From Eledone cirrhosa (taxonomy: Eukaryota): a stretch of 64,000 nt of DNA. Both the position numbers and the translations under genes were made by a program. Each line of letters begins with the position of its first letter. Position 1 is the first letter of the stretch. The notes under the pieces were generated by a model. The model made no database searches, was not told the DNA's origin, and saw only the letters and a program-made list of their open reading frames with translations. Positions 38,301 to 53,300 of this stretch are shown one piece after another. The DNA is taken from the NCBI GenBank assembly GCA_964016885.1, contig OZ024760.1, forward strand, positions 31,868,001-31,932,000. The letters run 5' to 3'.

Positions 38301-41300
38301 GCTGTGATAGTTGTGATGTTGTTGTTGGTGGTGATGGTTGTGATAGTTGTGTTGTTGTTGATGTTGGTGGTGATGGTTGTGATAGTTGTGATGTTGTTGT
38401 TGTTGGTGGTGATGGTTGTGATGTTGTTGTTGGTGTTGTTGTTGTTGGTGGTGATGGTTGTGATAGTTGTGGTGTTGTTGTTGTTGGTGGTGATGGTTGT
38501 GATAGTTGTGGTGTTGTTGTTGTTGGTGGTGATGGTTGTGATAGTTGTGATGTTGTTGTTGTTGGTGGTGATAGTTGTGATGTTGTTGTTGGTGGTGATG
38601 GTTGTGATAGTTGTGGTGTTGTTGTTGTTGGTGGTGATGGTTGTGATAGTTGTGGTGTTGTTGTTGTTGGTGGTGATGGTTGTGATAGTTGTGGTGTTGT
38701 TGTTGTTGGTGGTGATGGTTGTGATAGTTGTGATGTTGTTGTTGTTGGTGGTGATGGTTGTGATAGTTGTGTTGTTGTTGATGTTGGTGGTGATGGTTGT
38801 GATAGTTGTGATGTTGTTGTTGTTGGTGGTGATGGTTGTGATAGTCGTGGTGTTGTTGTTGTTGGTGGTGATGGTTGTGATAGTTGTGGTGTTGTTGTTG
38901 TTGGTGGTGATGGTTGTGATACTTGTGGTGTTGTTGTTGTTGGTGATGATGGTTGTGATAGTTGTGGTGTTCTTGTTGTTGGTGGTGGTGGTGGTGATAG
39001 TTGTGGTGTTGTTGTTGGTGGTGTTGATGATAGTTGTGGTGTTGTTGTTGGTGTTGGTGATACTTGTGGTGTTGTTGTTGGTGTTGGTGATAGTTGTGGT
39101 GTTGTAGTTGGTATTGGTGATAGTTGTGGTGTTGTTGTTGGTGTTGGTGATAGTTGTGGTGTTGTTGTTGGTGTTGGTGATAGTTGTGGTGTTGTTGTTG
39201 GTGTTAGTGATAGCTGTGGTCTTGTTGTTGGTGTTGGTGACAGTTGTGGTGTTGTTGTTAATGTTAGTGATAGTTGTGGTGTTGTTGTTTGTGTTGGTGA
39301 TAGTTGTGGTTATTGTTGTTGGTGTTGGTGATAGTTGTGGTGTTGTTATTGGTGTTAGTGGTGGTGTTGTTGTTGTTGGTGTTGATGGTTGAGATAGTTG
39401 TGGTGTTGTTGTTGTTGGTGGTGATGGTTGTGATGTTGTTGTTGGTGTTGTTGTTGATGGTGGTGATGGTTGTGATAGTTGTGGTGTTGTTGTTGTTGGT
39501 GGTGATGGTTGTGATAGTTTTAATGTTGTTGTTGTTGGTGGTGATGGCTGTGATAGTTGTGATGTTGTTGTTGGTGGTGATGGTTGTGATAGTTGTGTTG
39601 TTGTTGATGTTGGTGGTGATGGTTGTGATAGTTGTGATGTTGTTGTTGTTGGTGGTGATGGTTGTGATGTTGTTGTTGGTGTTGTTGTTGTTGGTGGTGA
39701 TGGTTGTGATAGTTGTGGTGTTGTTGTTGTTGGTGGTGATGGTTGTGATAGTTGTGGTGTTGTTGTTGTTGGTGGTGATGGTTGTGATAGTTGTGATGTT
39801 GTTGTTGTTGGTGGTGATAGTTGTGATGTTGTTGTTGGTGTTGTTGTTGATGGTGGTGATGGTTGTGATAGTTGTGGTGTTGTTGTTGTTGGTGGTGATG
39901 GTTGTGATAGTTTTAATGTTGTTGTTGTTGGTGGTGATGGCTGTGATAGTTGTGATGTTGTTGTTGGTGGTGATGGTTGTGATAGTTGTGTTGTTGTTGA
40001 TGTTGGTGGTGATGGTTGTGATAGTTGTGGTGTTGTTGTTGTTGGTGGTGATGGTTGTGATAGTTGTGGTGTTGTTGTTGTTGGTGGTGATGGTTGTGAT
40101 AGTTGTGGTGTTGTTGTTGTTGGTGGTGATGGTTGTGATAGTTGTGGTGTTGTTGTTGTTGGTGGTGATGGTTGTGATAGTTGTGATGTTGTTGTAGTTG
40201 GTGGTGATGGTTGTGATAGTTGTGTTGTTGATGTTGGTGGTGATGGTTGTGATAGTTGTGGTGTTGTTGTTGTTGTTGGTGGTGATGGTTGTGATAGTTG
40301 TGATGTTGTTGTTGTTGGTGGTGATGGTTGTGATAGTTGTGATGTTGTTGTTGGTGGTGATGGTTGTGATAGTTGTGATGTTGTTGTTGGTGGTGATGTT
40401 TGTGATAGTTGTGTTGTTGTTGATGTTGGTGGTGATGGTTGTGATAGTTGTGATGTTGTTGTTGTTGGTGGTGATGGTTGTGATGTTGTTGTTGGTGTTG
40501 TTGTTGATGGTGGTGATGGTTGTGATAGTTGTGGTGTTGTTGTTGTTGGTGGTGATGGTTGTGATAGTTTTAATGTTGTTGTTGTTGGTGGTGATGGCTG
40601 TGATAGTTGTGATGTTGTTGTTGGTGGTGATGGTTGTGATAGTTGTGTTGTTGTTGATGTTGGTGGTGATGGTTGTGATAGTTGTGATGTTGTTGTTGTT
40701 GGTGGTGATGGTTGTGATAGTCGTGGTGTTGTTGTTGTTGGTGGTGATGGTTGTGATAGTTGTGGTGTTGTTGTTGTTGGTGGTGATGGTTGTGATACTT
40801 GTGGTGTTGTTGTTGTTGGTGATGATGGTTGTGATAGTTGTGGTGTTCTTGTTGTTGGTGGTGGTGGTGGTGATAGTTGTGGTGTTGTTGTTGGTGGTGT
40901 TGATGATAGTTGTGGTGTTGTTGTTGGTGTTGGTGATACTTGTGGTGTTGTAGTTGGTGTTGGTGATAGTTGTGGTGTTGTGGTTGGTATTGGTGATAGT
41001 TGTGGTGTTGTTGTTGGTGTTGGTGATAGTTGTGGTGTTGTTGTTGGTGTTGGTGATAGTTGTGGTGTTGTTGTTGGTGTTAGTGATAGCTGTGGTCTTG
41101 TTGTTGGTGTTGGTGACAGTTGTGGTGTTGTTGTTAATGTTAGTGATAGTTGTGGTGTTGTTGTTTGTGTTGGTGATAGTTGTGGTTATTGTTGTTGGTG
41201 TTGGTGATAGTTGTGGTGTTGTTATTGGTGTTAGTGGTGGTGTTGTTGTTGTTGGTGGTGATGGTTGAGATAGTTGTGGTGTTGTTGTTGTTGGTGGTGA

Positions 41301-44300
41301 TGGTTGTGATGTTTTTGTTGGTGTTGTTGTTGATGGTGGTGATGGTTGTGATAGTTGTGGTGTTGTTGTTGTTGGTGGTGATGGTTGTGATAGTTTTAAT
41401 GTTGTTGTTGTTGGTGGTGATGGCTGTGATAGTTGTGATGTTGTTGTTGGTGGTGATGGTTGTGATAGTTGTGTTGTTGTTGATGTTGGTGGTGATGGTT
41501 GTGATAGTTGTGATGTTGTTGTTGTTGGTGGTGATGGTTGTGATGTTGTTGTTGGTGTTGTTGTTGTTGGTGGTGATGGTTGTGATAGTTGTGGTGTTGT
41601 TGTTGTTGGTGGTGATGGTTGTGATAGTTGTGGTGTTGTTGTTGTTGGTGGTGATGGTTGTGATAGTTGTGATGTTGTTGTTGTTGGTGGTGATAGTTGT
41701 GATGTTGTTGTTGGTGGTGATGGTTGTGATAGTTGTGGTGTTGTTGTTGTTGGTGGTGATGGTTGTGATAGTTGTGGTGTTGTTGTTGTTGGTGGTGATG
41801 GTTGTGATAGTTGTGGTGTTGTTGTTGTTGGTGGTGATGGTTGTGATAGTTGTGATGTTGTTGTAGTTGGTGGTGATGGTTGTGATAGTTGTGTTGTTGA
41901 TGTTGGTGGTGATGGTTGTGATAGTTGTGGTGTTGTTGTTGTTGTTGGTGGTGATGGTTGTGATAGTTGTGATGTTGTTGTTGTTGGTGGTGATGGTTGT
42001 GATAGTTGTGATGTTGTTGTTGGTGGTGATGGTTGTGATAGTTGTGATGTTGTTGTTGTTGGTGGTGATGGTTGTGGTGTTCTTCTTGTTGGTGCTGATG
42101 GTTGTGATAGTTGTGGTGTTCTTGTTGTTGGTGGTGATGGTTGTGATACTTGTGTTGTTCTTGTTGTTGGTGGTGATCGTTGTGATAGTTGTGTTGTTGA
42201 TGTTGGTGGTGATGGTTGTGATAGTTGTGGTGTTGTTGTTGGTGGTGATGGTTGTGATAGTTGTGATGTTGTTGTTGTTGGTGGTGATGGTTGTGATAGT
42301 TGTGATGTTGTTGTTGGTGGTGATGGTTGTGATAGTTGTGATGTTGTTGTTGGTGGTGATGGTTGTGATAGTTGTGATGTTGTTGTTGTTGGTGGTGATG
42401 GTTGTGATGTTGTTGTTGGTGTTGTTGTTGATGGTGGTGATGGTTGTGATAGTTGTGGTGTTGTTGTTGTTGATGGTTATGGTTGTGATGTTGTTGTTGG
42501 TGTTGTTGTTGTTGGTGGTGATGGTTGTGATAGTTGTGGTGTTGTTGTTGTTGGTGGTGATGGTTGTGATAGTTGTGGTGTTGTTGTTGATGGTTGTGAT
42601 GGTTGTGATAGTTGTGATGTTGTTGTTGTTGGTGGTGATGGTTGTGATAGTTGTGATGTTGTTGTTGTTGGTGGTGATGGTTGTGATAGTTGTGGTGTTG
42701 TTGTTGTTGGTGATGATGGTTGTGATAGTTGTGGTGTTGTTGTTGTTGGTGGTGATGGTTGTGATAGTTGTGGCGTTGTTGTTGTTGGTGATGATGGTTG
42801 TGATAGTTGTGGTGTTGTTGTTGTTAGTTGTGATAATTTAGGTGTTGTTGGTGATGATGGTTGTGATAGTTGTGGTGTTGTTGTTGTTGGTGGTGATGGT
42901 TGTGATAGTTGTGGTGTTGTTCTTGGTGGTGATGGTTGTGATAGTTGTGCGTGTTGTTGTTGGTGGTGATGGTTGTGATAGTTGTGATGTTGTTGTTGGT
43001 GGTGATGATGGTTGTGATAGTTGTGGTGTTGTTGTTGGTGGTGATGGTTGTGATAGTTGTGATGTTGTTGTTGGTGGTGATGGTTGTGATAGTTGTCATG
43101 TTCTTGTTGTTGGTGGTGATGGTTGTGATAGTTGTGATGTTGTTGTTGGTGGTGATGGTTGTGATAGTTGTGGTGTTGTTGTAGTTGGTGGTGATCATTG
43201 TGATAGTTGTGATGTTGTTGTTGGTGGTGATGGTTGTGATAGTTGTGATGTTGTTGTTGGTGGTGATGGTTGTGATAGTTGTGGTGTTGTTGTTGGTGGT
43301 GATGGTTGTGATAGTTGTGGTGTTTTTGATGTTGGTGGTGATGGTTGTGATAGTTGTGGTGTTGTTGTTGGTGTTGGTGATGGTTGTGATAGTTGTGGTG
43401 TTGTTGTTGTTGGTGGTGATGGTTGTGATAGTTGTGGTGTTGTTGGTGGTGATGGTTGTGATAGTTGTGGTGTTCTTGTTGTTGGTGGTGATGGTTGTGA
43501 TAGTTGTGGTGTTTTGATGTTAGTGCTGATGGTTGTGATAGTTGTGGTGTTGTTGTTGGTGGTGATGGTTGTGATAGTTGTGGTGTTGTTGTTGTTGGTG
43601 GTGATGGTTGTGATAGTTGTGGTGTTCTTGTTGTTGGTGGTGATGGTTGTGATAGTTGTGATGTTGTTGTTGGTGGTGATGGTTGTGATAGTTGTGGTGT
43701 TGTTGTTGGTGGTGATGGTTGTGATAGTTGTGCTGTTGTTGTTGGTGGTGATGGTTGTGATAGTTGTGGTGTTGTTGTTGGTGGTGATGGTTGTGATAGT
43801 TGTGGTGTTGTTCTTGTTGGTGGTGATGGTTGTGATAGTTGTGGTGTTGTTGTTGTTGGTGGTGATGGTTGTGATAGTTGTGATGTTCTTGTTGTTGGTG
43901 GTGATGGTTGTAATAGTTGTGGTGTTGTTGTTGTTGGTGGTGATGGTTGTGATAGTTGTGGTGTTGTTGTTGGTGGTGATGGTTGTGATAGTTGTGGTGT
44001 TGTTGTTGGTGGTGATGGTTGTGATAGTTGTGGTGTTGTTGTTGTTAGTGGTGATGGTTGTGATAGTTGTGGTGTTGTTGTTGGTGGTGATGGTTGTGAT
44101 AGTTGTGGTGTTGTTGTTGGTGGTGATGGTTGTGATAGTTGTGGTGTTGTTGTTGTTGGTGGTGATGGTTGCGATAGTTGTGATGTTGTTGTTGGTGGTG
44201 ATGGTTGTGATAGTTGTGGTGTTGTTGTTGTTGGTGGTGATGGTTGTGATAGTTGTGGTGTTGTTGTTGTTGGTGGTGATGGTTGTGATAGTTGTGGTGT

Positions 44301-47300
44301 TGTTGTTGGTGGTGGTGCTGGTTGTAATACTTGTGGTGTTGTTGTTGTTGGTGGTGATGGTTGTGATAGTTGTGGTGTTGTTGTTGTTGGTGGTGATGGT
44401 CGTGATAGTTGTGGTGTTGTTGTTGGTGGTGATGGTTGTGATGGTCGTGGTGTTGTTGTTGTTGGTGGTGATGGTTGTGATAGTTGTGGTGTTGTTGTTG
44501 TTGGTGGTGATGGTTGTGATACTTGTGGTGTTGTTGTTGTTGGTGATGATGGTTGTGATAGTTGTGGTGTTCTTGTTGTTGGTGGTGGTGGTGGTGATAG
44601 TTGTGGTGTTGTTGTTGGTGGTGTTGATGATAGTTGTGGTGTTGTTGTTGGTGTTGGTGATACTTGTGGTGTTGTTGTTGGTGTTGGTGATAGTTGTGGT
44701 GTTGTAGTTGGTATTGGTGATAGTTGTGGTGTTGTTGTTGGTGTTGGTGATAGTTGTGGTGTTGTTGTTGGTGTTGGTGATAGTTGTGGTGTTGTTGTTG
44801 GTGTTGGTGATAGTTGTGGTCTTGTTGTTGGTGTTGGTGACAGTTGTGGTGTTGTTGTTAATGTTAGTGATAGTTGTGGTGTTGTTGTTCGTGTTGGTGA
44901 TAGTTGTGGTTATTGTTGTTGGTGTTGGTGATAGTTGTGGTGTTGTTATTGGTGTTGGTGGTGGTGTTGTTGTTGTTGGTGGTGATGGTTGAGATAGTTG
45001 TGGTGTTGTTGTTGTTGGTGGTGATGGTTGTGATGTTGTTGTTGGTGTTGTTGTTGATGGGGGTGATGGTTGTAATAGTTGTGGTGTTGTTGTTGTTGGT
45101 GGTGATGGTTGTGATAGTTTTGTTGTTGTTGTTGGTGGTGGTGATGGCTGTGATAGTTGTGATGTTGTTGTTGGTGGTGATGGTTGTGATAGTTGTGTTG
45201 TTGTTGATGTTGGTGGTGATGGTTGTGATAGTTGTGATGTTGTTGTTGTTGGTGGTGATGGTTGTGATGTTGTTGTTGGTGTTGTTGTTGTTGGTGGTGA
45301 TGGTTGTGATAGTTGTGGTGTTGTTGTTGTTGGTGGTGATGGTTGTGATAGTTGTGGTGTTGTTGTTGTTGGTGGTGATGGTTGTGATAGTTGTGATGTT
45401 GTTGTTGGTGGTGATAGTTGTGATGTTGTTGTTGGTGGTGATGGTTGTGATAGTTGTGGTGTTGTTGTTGTTGGTGGTGATGGTTGTGATAGTTGTGGTG
45501 TTGTTGTTGTTGGTGGTGATGGTTGTGATAGTTGTGGTGTTGTTGTTGTTGGTGGTGATGGTTGTGATAGTTGTGGTGTTATTGTTGTTGGTGGTGATGG
45601 TTGTGATAGTTGTGATGTTGTTGTTGTTGGTGGTGATGGTTGTGATAGTTGTGGTGTTGTTGTTGGTGTTGGTGGTGATGGTTGTGATAGTTGTGGTGTT
45701 GTTGTTGTTGGTGGTGATGGTTGTGATAGTTGTGATGTTGTTGTTGTTGGTGGTGATGGTTGTGATAGTTGTGATGTTGTTGTTGGTGTTGGTGGTGATG
45801 GTTGTGATAGTTGTGGTGTTGTTGTTGGTTGTGATGGCTGTGATAGTTGTGGTGTTGTTGTTGGTGTTGGTGGTGATGGTTGTGGTGTTGTTGTTGGTGG
45901 TGGTGATGGTTGTGATAGTTGTGGTGTTGTTGTTGTTGGTGGTGATGGTTGTGATAGTTGTGGTGTTGTTGTTGGTGGTGATGATGGTTGTGATAGTTGT
46001 GGTGTTGTTGTTGGTGGTGATGGTTGTGATAGTTGTGGTGTTGTTGTTGGTGGTGGTGATGGTTGTAATAGTTGTGGTGTTGTTGTTATTGGTGGTGGTG
46101 GTTGTAATAGGTGTGGTGTTGTTGTTGGTTGTGATGGCTGTGATAGTTGTTGTGTTGTTGTTGGTGTTGGTGGTGATGGTTGTGGTGTTGTTGTTGTTGG
46201 TGGTGATGGTTGTGATAGTTGTGGTGATGTTGTTGGTGGTGATGGTTGTGATAGTTGTGGTGTAGTTGTTGGTGGTGATGGTTGTGGTGTAGTTGTTGGT
46301 GGTGATGGTTGTGATAGTTGTGGTGTTTTTGTTGGTGGTGATGGTTGTGATAGTTGTGACGTTGTTGTTGTTGTTGGTGGTGATGGTTGTGATAGTTGTG
46401 GTGTTGTTGTTGGTGGTGATGGTTGTGATAGTTGTGGTGTTTTTGTTGTTGGTGGTGATGGTTGTGATAGTAGTGGTGGTGTTGTTGTTGGTGGTGATGG
46501 TTGTGATAGTTGTGGTGTTGTTGGTGGTGATGGTTGTGATAGTTGTGGTGTTGTTGTTGGTGGTGATGGTTGTGATAGTTGTGACGTTGTTGTTGTTGGT
46601 GGTGATTGTTGTGATGTTGTTGTTGGTGGTAATGGTTGTGATAGTTGTGGTGTTGTTGGTGGTGATGGTTGTGATAGTTGTGATGTTGTTGTTGTTGGTG
46701 GTGCTGATTGTGATAGTTGTGGTGTTGTTGTTGTTGGTGGTAATGGTTGTGATAGTTGTGGTGTTCTTGTTGTTGGTGGTGATGGTTGTGATAGTTGTGA
46801 TGTTGTTGTTGGTGGTGATGGTTGTGATAGTTGTGATGTTGTTGTTGTTGGTGGTGATGGTTGTGATAGTTGTGATGTTGTTGTTGGTGTTGGTGGTGAT
46901 GGTTGTGATAGTTGTGGTGTTGTTGTTGGTTGTGATGGCTGTGATAGTTGTGGTGTTGTTGTTGGTGTTGGTGGTGATGGTTGTGGTGTTGTTGTTGGTG
47001 GTGGTGATGGTTGTGATAGTTGTGGTGTTGTTGTTGTTGGTGGTGATGGTTGTGATAGTTGTGGTGTTGTTGTTGGTGGTGATGATGGTTGTGATAGTTG
47101 TGGTGTTGTTGTTGGTGGTGATGGTTGTGATAGTTGTGGTGTTGTTGTTGGTGGTGGTGATGGTTGTAATAGTTGTGGTGTTGTTGTTATTGGTGGTGGT
47201 GGTTGTAATAGGTGTGGTGTTGTTGTTGGTTGTGATGGCTGTGATAGTTGTTGTTGTTGTTGGTGGTGCTGATTGTGATAGTTGTGGTGTTGTTGTTGTT

Positions 47301-50300
47301 CGTGATGGTTGTGATAGTTGTGGTGTTGTTGGTGGTGATGGTTGTGATAGTTGTGACGTTGTTGTTGTTGGTGGTGATTGTTGTGATGTTGTTGTTGGTG
47401 GTGATGGTTGTGATAGTTGTGGTGTTGTTGTTGGTGGTGATGGTTGTGATAGTTGTGATGTTGTTGTTGTTGGTGGTGATGGTTGTGATAGTTGTGGTGT
47501 TGTTGTTGTTGGTGATGGTTGTGATAGTTGTGGTGTTGTTGGTGTTGGTGGTCATGGTGGTGGTGTTGTTGTTGTTGGTGGTAATGGTTGTGATAGTTGT
47601 GGTGTTGTTGGTGGTGATGGTTGTGATAGTTGTGATGTTGTTGTTGTTGGTGGTGCTGATTGTGATAGTTGTGGTGTTGTTGTTGTTCGTGATGGTTGTG
47701 ATAGTTGTGGTGTTGTTGGTGGTGATGGTTGTGATAGTTGTGGTGTTGTTGTTGGTGGTGATGATTGTGATAGTTGTGACGTTGTTGTTGTTGGTGGTGA
47801 TGGTTGTGATAGTTGTGGTGTTGTTGTTGTTGGTGGTGATGGTTGTGATAGTTGTGATGTTGTTGTTGTTGGTGGTGATAGTTGTGATGTTGTTGTTGGT
47901 GGTGGTGATGGTTGTGATAGTTGTGATGTTGTTGTTGGTGGTGATGGTTGTGATGGTTGTGGTGTTGTTGTTGTTGGTGGAGATGGTTGTGATAGTTGTG
48001 GTGTTGTTGTTGTTGGTGGTGATGGTTGTGATATTAGTGGTGTTGTTGTTGTTGGTGGTGATGGTTGTGATAGTTGTGATGTTGTTGTTGTTGGTGGTGA
48101 TAGTTGTGATGTTGTTGTTGGTGGTGATGGTTGTGATAGTTGTGGTGTTGTTGTTGTTGGTGGTGATGGTTGTGAAAGTTGTGGTGTTGTTGTTGTTGGT
48201 GGTAATGGTTGTGATAGTTGTGGTGTTCTTGTTGTTGGTGGTGATGGTTGTGATAGTTGTGATGTTGTTGTTGGTGGTGATGGTTGTGATAGTTGTGATG
48301 TTGTTGTTGGTAGTGATGGTTGTGATAGTTGTGGTGTTGTTGTTGTTGGTGGTGATGGTTGTGATAGTTGTGATGTTGTTGTTGGTGGTGATGGTTGTGA
48401 TAGTTGTGGTGTTGTTGATGTTGGTGGTGATGGTTGTGATAGTTGTGTTGTTGTTGTTGTTGGTGGTGATGGTTGTGATAGTTGTGATGTTGTTGTTGGT
48501 GGTGATGGTTGTGATAGTTGTGGTGTTGTTGTTGTTGGTGGTGATGGTTGTGATAATTGTGATGTTGTTGTTGTTGGTGGTGATGGTTGTGATAGTTGTG
48601 ATGTTGTTGTTGGTGGTGATGGTTGTGATAGTTGTGATGTTGTTTTTGGTGGTGATGGTTGTGATAGTTGTGGTGTTCTTGTTGTTGGTGGTGATGGTTG
48701 TGATGTTGTTGTTGGTGGTGGTGATGGTTGTGATAGTTGTGATGTTGTTGTTGGTGGTGATGGTTGTGATAGTTGTGGTGTTGTTGTTGGTGGTGGTGTT
48801 GGTTGTAATAGGTGTGGTGTTGTTGTTGGTTGTGATGGCTGTGATAGTTGTTGTGTTTTTGTTGGTGTTGGTGGTGATGGTTGTGGTGTTGTTGTTGTTG
48901 GTGGTGATGGTTGTGATAGTTGTGGTGTTGTTGTTGGTGGTGATGGTTGTGATAGTTGTGGTGTTTTTGTCGTTGGTGGTGATGGTTGTGATAGTTGTGG
49001 TGTTATTGTTGTTGGTGGTGATGGTTGTGATAGTTGTGATGTTGTTGTTGTTGGTGGTGATGGTTGTGATAGTTGTGGTGTTGTTGTTGGTGTTGGTGTT
49101 GATGGTTGTGATAGTTGTGGTGTTGTTGTTGTTGGTGGTGATGGTTGTGATAGTTGTGATGTTGTTGTTGTTGGTGGTGATGGTTGTGATAGTTGTGATG
49201 TTGTTGTTGGTGTTGGTGGTGATGGTTGTGATAGTTGTGGTGTTGTTGTTGGTTGTGATGGCTGTGATAGTTGTGGTGTTGTTGTTGGTGTTGGTGGTGA
49301 TGGTTGTGGTGTTGTTGTTGGTGGTGGTGATGGTTGTGATAGTTGTGGTGTTGTTGTTGTTGGTGGTGATGGTTGTGATAGTTGTGGTGTTGTTGTTGGT
49401 GGTGATGATGGTTGTGATAGTTGTGGTGTTGTTGTTGGTGGTGATGGTTGTGATAGTTGTGGTGTTGTTGTTGGTGGTGGTGATGGTTGTAATAGTTGTG
49501 GTGTTGTTGTTATTGGTGGTGGTGGTTGTAATAGGTGTGGTGTTGTTGTTGGTTGTGATGGCTGTGATAGTTGTTGTGTTGTTGTTGGTGTTGGTGGTGA
49601 TGGTTGTGGTGTTGTTGTTGTTGGTGGTGATGGTTGTGATAGTTGTGGTGATGTTGTTGGTGGTGATGGTTGTGATAGTTGTGGTGTAGTTGTTGGTGGT
49701 GATGGTTGTGATAGTTGTGGTGTTTTTGTTGGTGGTGATGGTTGTGATAGTTGTGACGTTGTTGTTGTTGTTGGTGGTGATGGTTGTGATAGTTGTGGTG
49801 TTGTTGTTGGTGGTGATGGTTGTGATAGTTGTGGTGTTTTTGTTGTTGGTGGTGATGGTTGTGATAGTAGTGGTGGTGTTGTTGTTGGTGGTGATGGTTG
49901 TGATAGTTGTGGTGTTGTTGGTGGTGATGGTTGTGATAGTTGTGGTGTTGTTGTTGGTGGTGATGGTTGTGATAGTTGTGACGTTGTTGTTGTTGGTGGT
50001 GATTGTTGTGATGTTGTTGTTGGTGGTAATGGTTGTGATAGTTGTGGTGTTTTAGTTGTTGGTGGTGATGGTTGTGATAGTTGTGATGTTGTTGTTGTTG
50101 GTGGTGATGGTTGTGATAGTTGTGGTGTTGTTGTTGTTGGTGATGGTTGTGATAGTTGTGGTGTTGTTGGTGTTGGTGGTCATGGTGGTGGTGTTGTTGT
50201 TGTTGGTGGTAATGGTTGTGATAGTTGTGGTGTTGTTGGTGGTGATGGTTGTGATAGTTGTGATGTTGTTGTTGTTGGTGGTGCTGGTTGTGATAGTTGT

Positions 50301-53300
50301 GGTGTTGTTGTTGTTCGTGATGGTTGTGATAGTTGTGGTGTTGTTGGTGGTGATGGTTGTGATAGTTGTGGTGTTGTTGTTGGTGGTGATGGTTGTGATA
50401 GTTGTGACGTTGTTGTTGTTGGTGGTGATGGTTGTGATAGTTGTGGTGTTGTTGTTGTTGGTGGTGATGGTTGTGATAGTAGTGGTGTTGTTGTTGTTGG
50501 TGGTGATGGTTGTGATAGTTGTGATGTTGTTGTTGTTGGTGGTGATAGTTGTGATGTTGTTGTTGGTGGTGGTGATGGTTGTGATAGTTGTGATGTTGTT
50601 GTTGGTGGTGATGGTTGTGATGGTTGTGGTGTTGTTGTTGTTGGTGGTGATGGTTGTGATAGTTGTGGTGTTGTTGTTGTTGGTGGTGATGGTTGTGATA
50701 TTAGTGGTGTTGTTGTTGTTGGTGGTGATGGTTGTGATAGTTGTGGTATTGTTGTTGGTTGTGATGGCTGTGATAGTTGTGGCGTTGTTGTTGGTGTTGG
50801 TGGTGATGGTTGTGGTGTTGTTGTTGTTGGTGGTGATGGTTGTAATAGTTGTGGTGTTGTTGTTGGTGGTGGTGATGGTTGTGATAGTTGTGGTGTTGTT
50901 GTTGTTGGTGTTGATGGTTGTGATAGGTGTGGTGTTGTTGTTGGTTGTGATGGCTGTGATAGTTGTGGTGTTGTTGTTGGTGTTGGTGGTGATGGTTGTG
51001 GTGTTGTTGTTGTTGGTGGTGATGGTTGTGATAGTTGTGATGTTGTTGTTGGTGGTGATGGTTGTGATAGTTGTGGTGTTGTTGTTGTTGGTGGTGATGG
51101 TTGTGATAGTTGTGATGTTGTTGTTGTTGGTGGTGCTGGTTGTGATAGTTGTGATGTTGTTGTTGTTGGTGGTGATGGTTGTGATAGTTGTGGTGTTGTT
51201 GTTGTTGGTGATGGTTGTGATAGTTGTGGTGTTGTTGGTGTTGGTGGTCATGGTGGTGGTGTTGTTGTTGTTGGTGGTAATGATTGTGATAGTTGTGGTG
51301 TTCTTGTTGTTGGTGGTGATGGTTGTGATAGTTGTGATGTTGTTGTTGTTGGTGGTGCTGGTTGTGATAGTCGTGACGTTGTTGTTGTTGGTGGTGATGG
51401 TTGTGATAGTTGTGGTGTTGTTGTCGGTGATGGTTGTGATAGTTGTGGTGTTGTTGGTGTTGGTGGTCATGGTGGTGGTGTTGTTGTTGTTGGTGGTGAT
51501 GGTTGTGATAGTTGTGATGTTGTTGTTGGTGGTGATGGTTGTGATGGTTGTGGTGTTGTTGTTGTTGGTGGTGATGGTTGTGATAGTTGTGGTGTTGTTG
51601 TTGTTGGTGATGGTTGTGATAGTTGTGGTGTTGTTGTTGGTGGTGATGGTTGTGATGGTTGTGGTGTTGTTAATGTTGGTGGTCACGGTTGTGATAGTTG
51701 TGGTGTTGTTGTTGGTGGTGATGGTTGTGATGGTTGTGGTGTTGTTGTTGTTGGTGGTGATGTTGTTGTTGGTGGTGATGGTTGTGATAGTTGTGGTGTT
51801 GTTGTTGGTGGTGATGGTTGTGATGGTTGTGGTGTTGTTGTTGTTGGTGGTGATGGTCGTGATAGTTGTGGTGTTGTTGGTGCTGGTGGTCATGATGGTG
51901 GTGTTGTTGTTGGTGGTGATGGTTGTGATAGTTGTGATGTTGTTGTTGGTGGTGATGGTTGTGATGGTTGTGGTGTTGTTGTTGTTGGTGATGGTTGTGA
52001 TAGTTGTGATGTTGTTGGTGGTGGTGTTGGTTGTGATGGTTTTGGTGTTGTTGTTGTTGGTGGTCATGGTTGTGATAGTTGTGGTGTTGTTGTTGTTAGT
52101 GGTGATGGTTGTGATGGTTGTGGTGTTGTTGTTGGTGGTGATTGTTGTGATGGTTGTGGTGTTGTTGTTGTTGGTGGTGATGTTGTTGTTGGTGGTGATG
52201 GTTGTGATAGTTGTGGTGTTGTTGTTGGTGGTGATGGTTGTGATGGTTGTGGTGTTGTTGTTGTTGGTGGTGATGGTTGTGATAGTTGTGGTGTTGTTGT
52301 TGGTGGTGATGGTTGTTATGGTTGTGGTGTTGTTGTTGTTGGTGGTGATGGTTGTGATAGTTGTGATGTTGTTGTTGGTGGTGATGGTTGTGATAGTTGT
52401 GGTGGTTGTCATGTTGTTGTTGTTGGTGGTGATGGTTGTGATAGTTGTGGTGTTGTTGTTGTTAGTGGTGATGGTTGTGATAGCTGTGATGTTGTTGTTG
52501 GTGATTATGGTTGTGATAGTTGTGGTGTTGTTGTTGTTGGTGGTGATGGTTGTGATAGTTGTGGTGATTTGTTGTTGGTGTTGCTTGTTGTGATAGTTGT
52601 GACGTTGTTGTTGTTGGTGGTGATGGTTGTGATAGTTGTGGTGTAGTTGGTGGTGATGTTTGTCATAGTTGTGGTGTTGTTGGTAGTGGTGATAGTTGTG
52701 AAATTTGTGGTGTTGTTGTTATTGGTGGTGATGATTGTGATAGTTGTGATGTTGTTGGTGGTGGTGGTGATGGTTGTGATAGTTGTGATGTTGTTTTTGT
52801 TGGTGCTGATGGTTGTGATAATTGTGGTGTTTTGATGTTGGCGGTGATGGCTGTGATAGTTCTGGTGTAGTTGGTGGTGGTGGTGATAGTTGTGGTGATG
52901 TTGTTGTTGGTGGTGGTGATAGTTGTGGTGTTGGTGGTGGTGATAGTTGTGGTGTTGTTGTTGGTGTTGGTGGTGGTGATAGTTGTGGTGTTGGTGGTGG
53001 TGATAGTTGTGGTGTTGGTGTTGGTGTTGGTGATAATTATGGTGTTGTTGGTGCTGGTGATAGTTGTGGTGTTGTTGTTTGTGCTGGTGATAGTTGTGGT
53101 GTTGTTGTTGGTGTTGGTGATAGTTGTGGTGTTGTTGTTTGTGTTGGTGATAGTTGTGGTGTTGTTGTTGGTGTTGGTGATAGTTGTGGTGTTGTTGTTG
53201 GTGTTGGTGATAGTTGTGGTGTTGTTGTTGGTGTTGGTGATAGTTGTGGTGTTGTTGTTGGTGTTGGTGATAGTTGTGGTGTTGTTGTTGGTGTTGGTGA

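Noticed and set aside
46293-52646. 2117-aa GGDGCDSCG-repeat ORF
   Set aside because: Minisatellite translation; frame shifts between poly-V/L and GDC registers show no coding constraint.
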